From a virus (taxonomy: Duplodnaviria; Caudoviricetes): 50,782 nucleotides of DNA. The stretch is taken from the IMG/VR virus record IMGVR_UViG_3300048589_000933, positions 1 to 50,782 of that record, one strand, 5' to 3'. The number at the start of each line of letters is the position of its first letter. Positions within the stretch are counted from its first letter, which is position 1. Under the pieces are notes generated by a model, which was not told the origin of the DNA, made no database searches, and saw only the letters and a program-made list of their open reading frames with translations. Made by a program: the position numbers and the translations under genes. Positions 45,576-50,782 of this stretch are shown here, in pieces.

Positions 45576-46997
45576 ATGCGCCACCTCGACAACCTCATCC
45601 TCAACACCGACAGCTACAAGGCCAGCCACTGGCTGCAGTACCCGCCGAACACCGACGCGACCTTCTTCTACGTCGAATCGCGTGGCGGCCAATACGAACG
45701 CACACTGTTCTTCGGTTTGCAGGCGATCATCAAGCAGAGCCTGCTGACGCCGATCACCCATGCCGACGTCGACGAAGCGCGCGACTTCTTCGCTGCCCAC
45801 GGCGAGCCGTTCAACGAGGCGGGCTGGCGGCGCATCGTCGAAGTCCACGGCGGACGCATGCCGGTGCGCATCCGCGCCGTGCCGGAGGGCAGCGTGGTGC
45901 CGACGCACCAGGTGCTGGTCACCATCGAGTCGACCGATCCCGAGGCGTTCTGGCTGCCGTCCTATCTGGAGACCCTGCTATTGCGGCTGTGGTATCCGGT
46001 GACCGTTGCCACGGTCAGCTGGCATGCCAAACGCACCATCCGCAAGTTCCTGCTCAAGACCTCGGACGACCCCGAGGGCCAGCTGCCCTTCAAGCTGCAC
46101 GACTTCGGCGCCCGCGGCGTGTCCAGCAACGAATCGGCCGGCCTTGGTGGTGCCGCGCATCTGGTCAATTTCCTCGGTACCGACACTGTCGCCGGCGTGC
46201 TCACCGCGCGTGCCTACTACGGTGCCGAGATGGCCGGCTTCTCGATCCCGGCCGCCGAGCACAGCACTATCACCAGCTGGGGGCGCGACAACGAGGTCGA
46301 GGCCTATCGCAACATGCTGCGCCAGTTCGCCAAGCCCGGCGCGCTGCTTGCCGTGGTGTCCGACAGCTACGACATTTATCACGCGATCGACCAGCACTGG
46401 GGCGTGACCCTGCGCGACGAAGTCATCGCCTCGGGTGCGACGGTCGTCATCCGCCCGGACTCCGGCGAGCCGGTCGAAGTGGTCCACCGCTGTCTTGAGC
46501 GGCTCGAGGCGCAGTTCGGCAGCAGCACCAACAGCAAGGGCTTTCGCGTGCTCAACCACGTACGGGTGATCCAGGGTGACGGCGTCAACCCGGCCAGCAT
46601 CCGGCAGATTCTGGAACGCATCACCGCCGCCGGCTTTTCCGCCGACAACCTCGCCTTCGGCATGGGTGGGGCGCTGCTGCAGCGGCTCGATCGCGATACC
46701 CAGAAGTTCGCGCTGAAGTGCTCGGCGGCGCGGATTGAGGGGCAATGGCGCGACGTCTACAAGGATCCGATCACCGACACCGGCAAGACCTCAAAGCGCG
46801 GGCGTCTGACACTCGTGCGCTCAGAAGAGTTCGACACCTGGCGCAGCGTGCCGGTGCCAGCCAACCTCGATGCGGTTGAACAGATGTCGGCGCCGGCCGG
46901 CTACCGGCACGCGATGGAAACCGTCTACGAGGATGGTCGACTGCTGCGCGAGTGGACGCTGGAAGAGGTTCGCGCCGCCAGCCGTGGAGCGCTCTGA
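45576..46997 (+). CDS. nadV: Nicotinamide phosphoribosyltransferase (NAMPT)
   Basis: TDSYKASH..QYP, LHDFGARG, SIPAAEHS, VSDSYD, RPDSG, IQGDG, FGMGGALLQ. Confidence 0.93.
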   Translation: MRHLDNLILNTDSYKASHWLQYPPNTDATFFYVESRGGQYERTLFFGLQAIIKQSLLTPITHADVDEARDFFAAHGEPFNEAGWRRIVEVHGGRMPVRIRAVPEGSVVPTHQVLVTIESTDPEAFWLPSYLETLLLRLWYPVTVATVSWHAKRTIRKFLLKTSDDPEGQLPFKLHDFGARGVSSNESAGLGGAAHLVNFLGTDTVAGVLTARAYYGAEMAGFSIPAAEHSTITSWGRDNEVEAYRNMLRQFAKPGALLAVVSDSYDIYHAIDQHWGVTLRDEVIASGATVVIRPDSGEPVEVVHRCLERLEAQFGSSTNSKGFRVLNHVRVIQGDGVNPASIRQILERITAAGFSADNLAFGMGGALLQRLDRDTQKFALKCSAARIEGQWRDVYKDPITDTGKTSKRGRLTLVRSEEFDTWRSVPVPANLDAVEQMSAPAGYRHAMETVYEDGRLLREWTLEEVRAASRGAL

Positions 46998-47316
46998 GGG
47001 GGCGTCGCCGCAGTGGCCCATTCCCGGGCGCAAGGCGACGGCTCTCGCGTCGCGGCGCGAGCGCCGCCCCGGCGGCTCCGCTGGGTCAGTTGGTCGGCGA
47101 CGTGCTGGGCGTTCTCCACGTCGCCTGAAGGGGCAAACGTCAGTGGTGTGCTGCGAGGAAGTGGTGGCGGCACATGGCGGGCGCCTGCGGAGATGAATGG
47201 CCCTGTTCGGGCAACTCACCTGGGTGCGCTGGCCAGGCGACGAGCCACCCTTTGGCCGCTTATCCTTCAGTCGAGAACAAGCGGCCAACTGCCGACTTGA
47301 GGGTTTCGGAACACGC

Positions 47317-49650
47317 ATGAGTCCAAATACTGCCGCTCCCCTTGGAATGCCGTCCTTGCTGACCCGCTGTGGCCAGGTGTTTGGTGCGGAATGGACTGCC
47401 ACCGAGGCAGCCGAGATCCATCAGCGCATCGAGGTGATGGCAGAAGAAGTGGACAGCGCAGGCTTGGCTGAGCTGTCAGAGTCGCTGCTTGAGCTGTCGG
47501 TCTTTCTCTGCTCCCTGGTCGACATGGGCGCGGCGCCCAGTGCCGCCTCGCAAGCGCGAATTGCCGCGATGTGCGCCGCTATGCTTCCTCAGGAGGTCGC
47601 GGCCGCGGCGCCGGTGCAAGAGCGTGCTGCGCTCGCCGAGCGCGCTCCGCTGGTGCTGTTGCTGGTTCCGCCGGGTGTGTCTGCGGCGGCGCTGGTAACC
47701 GAGATCGGTCGCCGCAAGCTGCTGGCGAGCCAGGTCGATTCGCTGGAAGGGCTGGCAGCCGAAGTGTCAAAGCGACCGGTAAGTGTGGTCGCCATCGACA
47801 TCAGTTGGGTGGACCGTGCGGCCGAAGTCTCCGCAGCCATCGAGCGCGCGCATCCGCATGCGTTGACCCAGCCTGGCCTGCTGGCGGTCATCGAGGCCGG
47901 CAACCGGTCACGCCGCATGTTTGCGCTGCGCGCCGGCGTCGATCAAGTGGTCGAGGAGTCATCCGCCAGTACCTTGGCGGACGAGATCTCGGCCTTCGTC
48001 CACAAGCGACGTCACTCTGCCTTTCGCGTGTTGGTGGTGGAAGACGATCACGCCCAGGCCCTCTTTGCCCAGAGGGTGCTGGGTCACCGCGGCATCGAGA
48101 CGCGGGTGGCCGCCAGCGCTGAGGCGGCGCTGGCGATGGTCGAAGACTTCCGCCCCGACCTGTGTCTGCTCGACCTCAACCTGCCGGACCGCAACGGCAT
48201 CGAACTGGCGCAGATGTTGCGCGAGCGCCCCGGCTTCGAACTGGTCCAGATTGTTTTTCTGACCGGAGAGATGGACCCCGATGCCCGCGCACTGGCCGTA
48301 CGTCTGGGCGCCGATGACTGGATCGTCAAGCCGGTGCGACCGCGCGATTTGCTGACCGTGGTGGAAAGCCGCGCGGAGCGCGCGCGGCGTGCGGCGCCGC
48401 ACGACCCGGTGGCCGGGCTGGGCCGCGATGCTGCCCGCGGCGTGCATTCGCGGCGCCGAGTGGTGAGCGCCATCGCCAGCGCCATTGCCGAGCCACCTTC
48501 CGACGACCGCAGCGTGTTGATCGCGGTGTCGCCACAGCTGCCGCCGGAAGATCTGCCGGGCGTCAGCTGGGAGGCGCAGGCCGAACTGGGCGGCGAAATC
48601 GCGCGAGCACTGCGCGGCGACGGGCTGGTGCGCTCTGAGGTTTGCCAGGCCGAGACGCTGTGTTGCCTCTTCATTGCCGACCCCTCGGCGGCCGGTCAGG
48701 TTGCGCTGGCGGCGCTGGCCAACAGCCTCGACCGGCGGCAGTGGCTTGGGGCTGCCGAGAGCGGCGTGCGCCTCGCCTTTGCCGTGGCCGGCCTGCCGCT
48801 GGACCCGCAGCTCACGCCGCACGGCGCCATCGAGAGCGTGCTGTCGTTGCTGCGCAAGGCCCGCGAGCAGGCGCCGCGAGTGCGCTTTCAGGCCGGTGCG
48901 AGCGCCCAGGCTGCGCCGCCGGGCTGGCCGCAGCTGCGCAAGATGTTCAACGACGACGCCCTTGGTCGTTCGCATCGGCTCGCCTTCCACCCGCTGGTGC
49001 CGGTGACCGGCACGCGCAGTGGTCAATTCCTGCTCAGCGCGGAATTCGAGGTCGTGCTGGACGACGGCGGCAGCGTGGTTCCCGACCACCGCGCCTTTGC
49101 CCGCTCGGCTGGATTTCACCTCAAGCTCGACCAGTGGCTGCTGTCGCGCTGCCTGGATCGCCTGCGTCTGTCGCGCGGCGGCCTCAGCCTGCACGTCGAG
49201 GTGTGTCCGGAATCGCTTGAGGACCCGGCGCTGGCGGCCTGGCTGCAGGCCGAACTGCAGCGGCGCCGGATTCCGGCGCCCGATCTGATGCTCTGGGTGG
49301 CCGCGGATCGCATGCGTGGCGCCGGCAGCCGCGTCTCGCAGTACCTGCGGCCCTACGCGGCCATGGGCGTGCAGATCGGCATCGGCCCACTCGGCGATAC
49401 GCCGGCTGAGCTCGAACTGCTGAAGTTGGACGAGGTGCACATGATCAGCTGCAGGGCAGGGGCCACGGCAACGGAAATCTCGCCGGTGCTGCTGCAAGCC
49501 GCCGCAGAGCGCGGCAAGTCCGTGCTGGTGGACAGTGTGGACGACCCGAGCACGGCGGGCGCCGTGTTCCGCCTGCCCATCCACTACGTCACTGGCCTGG
49601 CCATTTCGCCACCGCTGACGCGACCGGAGTTCGAGTTCCCCAGCCAGTGA
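47317..49650 (+). CDS. Response regulator with REC domain(s) and degenerate GGDEF/EAL domains
   Basis: RVLVVEDD...PDLCLLDLNLPD.NG...GADDWIVKP; C-terminal EAL-like fold lacking the EAL motif. Start uncertain (47197 alternative). Confidence 0.82.
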   Translation: MSPNTAAPLGMPSLLTRCGQVFGAEWTATEAAEIHQRIEVMAEEVDSAGLAELSESLLELSVFLCSLVDMGAAPSAASQARIAAMCAAMLPQEVAAAAPVQERAALAERAPLVLLLVPPGVSAAALVTEIGRRKLLASQVDSLEGLAAEVSKRPVSVVAIDISWVDRAAEVSAAIERAHPHALTQPGLLAVIEAGNRSRRMFALRAGVDQVVEESSASTLADEISAFVHKRRHSAFRVLVVEDDHAQALFAQRVLGHRGIETRVAASAEAALAMVEDFRPDLCLLDLNLPDRNGIELAQMLRERPGFELVQIVFLTGEMDPDARALAVRLGADDWIVKPVRPRDLLTVVESRAERARRAAPHDPVAGLGRDAARGVHSRRRVVSAIASAIAEPPSDDRSVLIAVSPQLPPEDLPGVSWEAQAELGGEIARALRGDGLVRSEVCQAETLCCLFIADPSAAGQVALAALANSLDRRQWLGAAESGVRLAFAVAGLPLDPQLTPHGAIESVLSLLRKAREQAPRVRFQAGASAQAAPPGWPQLRKMFNDDALGRSHRLAFHPLVPVTGTRSGQFLLSAEFEVVLDDGGSVVPDHRAFARSAGFHLKLDQWLLSRCLDRLRLSRGGLSLHVEVCPESLEDPALAAWLQAELQRRRIPAPDLMLWVAADRMRGAGSRVSQYLRPYAAMGVQIGIGPLGDTPAELELLKLDEVHMISCRAGATATEISPVLLQAAAERGKSVLVDSVDDPSTAGAVFRLPIHYVTGLAISPPLTRPEFEFPSQ

Positions 49651-49693
49651 AGCGGGCAGAGGATGGCGGACAAACACCGTGCGACGCCGAAGT

Positions 49694-49722
49694 TTGACGA
49701 AGCAGCGCGCCAGCCCTATCAT
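49694..49722 (+). promoter_or_regulatory. Sigma70 promoter of tRNA-Val
   Basis: TTGACG-N17-TATCAT. Confidence 0.75.
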
Positions 49723-49735
49723 TCCGGGCTGACTT

Positions 49736-49810
49736 GGGCGGTTAGCTCAGCGGTAGAGCACTGCTTTCACACGGCAGGGGTCACAGGTTCAATCCCTGTA
49801 CCGCCCACCA
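49736..49810 (+). tRNA. tRNA-Val(CAC)
   Basis: GGGCGGTTAGCTCAGCGGTAGAGC...TTCACAC...GGTTCAATCC...CCGCCCACCA cloverleaf. Confidence 0.96.
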
Positions 49811-49823
49811 AGGCTTCAAGACA

Positions 49824-49857
49824 ACACAGGCTCGCTTCGGCGGGCCTGTGTCGTTTT
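49824..49857 (+). terminator. Intrinsic terminator after tRNA-Val
   Basis: ACACAGGCTCGC-TTCG-GCGGGCCTGTGT followed by CGTTTT. Confidence 0.75.
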
Positions 49858-50194
49858 CGGCCGCTGAAGCGCCGAAAGGGGAGCAGCCGAGGCGGCTCAG
49901 GGCTTCCTGAAGCGCTGGTTGAAGCAGTGGGAAGCGGCCGTCGCCTGCTCTCGGTAACGCATGCCAGCGTTGCTCACCCTACCGAAAGCGCTAGCATGCG
50001 CTTGCGCCGGGACGGGCTTGATCGGGGCACGCAAGCGACGTTAGCGTCATCCGATGGGTGGCTCGTTTTCGGAGCCGATGCGTCTGGCGGCGTGCCCGGA
50101 TCGGCGCTTGAAGCACTGCATTGCACCGCCTGGTAATGAGTCGACAAGGAAGCCGTGTCTTGCAGACGATCAGCGTGCCCTCGATGCTGCCGCC

Positions 50195-50782
50195 ATGAGA
50201 TTCCTGGCCGAACTGCGGCGCCGCAACGTCATACGCATGGCGGGGCTTTACATGGTCGGGGCGTGGTTGGTCATCCAGGTGGCGGCGACGCTGCTGCCCG
50301 TGTTCGACGCGCCTGGTTGGGTGATGAAGGTTCTGGTGGCGGCGCTCGCAATCGGGTTTCTGGCGGCGCTCGTGGTGTCATGGATCTACGAGCTGACGCC
50401 CGCGGGCCTGCAGCGCGAAGTGGACCTGGCGCCAGGCCAGTCCGCCTGGCAGGGCGCAGATCGACGCTTGCGCCGCATCAGCGACCGCTCACCGCAGCCT
50501 TCGGGTGAGCCGCATTTGCCGGCGTCGCAGGCGCGCAGGCAGGAACGGCTGATCATTTTCCTGCTGTTGCTGGCGGTGGGCTACTTCCTTGTCGAGAAGA
50601 TGCTGGTGACGCGATCCGCGTCGCCAACCAGTGCGTCAGGCAGCTCGAATGTGAAAACGATGGTCAGCGGGAAATCGATCGCGGTGCTCGCCTTCGCCGA
50701 TCTCAGCCCTGACCAGAAAAGTGAGTACTTCGCCGACGGCATCAGCGAGGAGATCCTCAACGCGTTGGCCAAGGTCGAGGAT
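50195..50782 (+). CDS. Membrane protein of the TolB-like/TPR family (5' part, runs off the window)
   Basis: MRFLAELRRRNVIRMAGLY...W.YELTP.GL.RE, then KSIAVLAFADLS...EYFADGISEEILNALAK. Confidence 0.85.
   Translation, partial: MRFLAELRRRNVIRMAGLYMVGAWLVIQVAATLLPVFDAPGWVMKVLVAALAIGFLAALVVSWIYELTPAGLQREVDLAPGQSAWQGADRRLRRISDRSPQPSGEPHLPASQARRQERLIIFLLLLAVGYFLVEKMLVTRSASPTSASGSSNVKTMVSGKSIAVLAFADLSPDQKSEYFADGISEEILNALAKVED

Noticed and set aside
49736-49810. tRNA-Val as the right prophage boundary or a second island end
   Set aside because: No duplicated tRNA-Val fragment in the window; attR at 43331 already closes the prophage.
49663-50136. 157-aa ORF after the response regulator
   Set aside because: Spans the tRNA-Val promoter, gene and terminator; spurious.

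Overview
Bases 30-43346 are an apparently complete, GC-rich temperate siphovirus-like prophage of about 43.3 kb. It is integrated in the 3' end of a tRNA-Glu(UUC) gene, with the 16-bp att core CCCGTGGGGACGCCAC at 30-45 and 43331-43346, by a large serine recombinase whose reading frame crosses the att site. The leftward early operon carries a complete diversity-generating retroelement (DGR). Avd, the template repeat (TR) and the reverse transcriptase (RT) lie in one uninterrupted 598-aa frame. The TR diversifies two tandem stand-alone DUF1566/Lcl (C-lectin-fold) genes: 15 and 14 mismatches, all at TR adenines. I found no tail-fibre target. Between cro and cII is an array of three modules delimited by a 28-bp repeat, each holding a pair of small convergent, 3'-overlapping ORFs. 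The late region has a portal-ClpP-capsid single ORF and a membrane-anchored PAS-domain protein where a holin is expected. The host flank (43347-50782) holds a NadM-Nudix/NadV NAD salvage pair, a REC/degenerate GGDEF-EAL regulator, tRNA-Val(CAC) and the start of a TolB-like/TPR membrane protein. All product calls come from motif recognition by eye; no searches were run.
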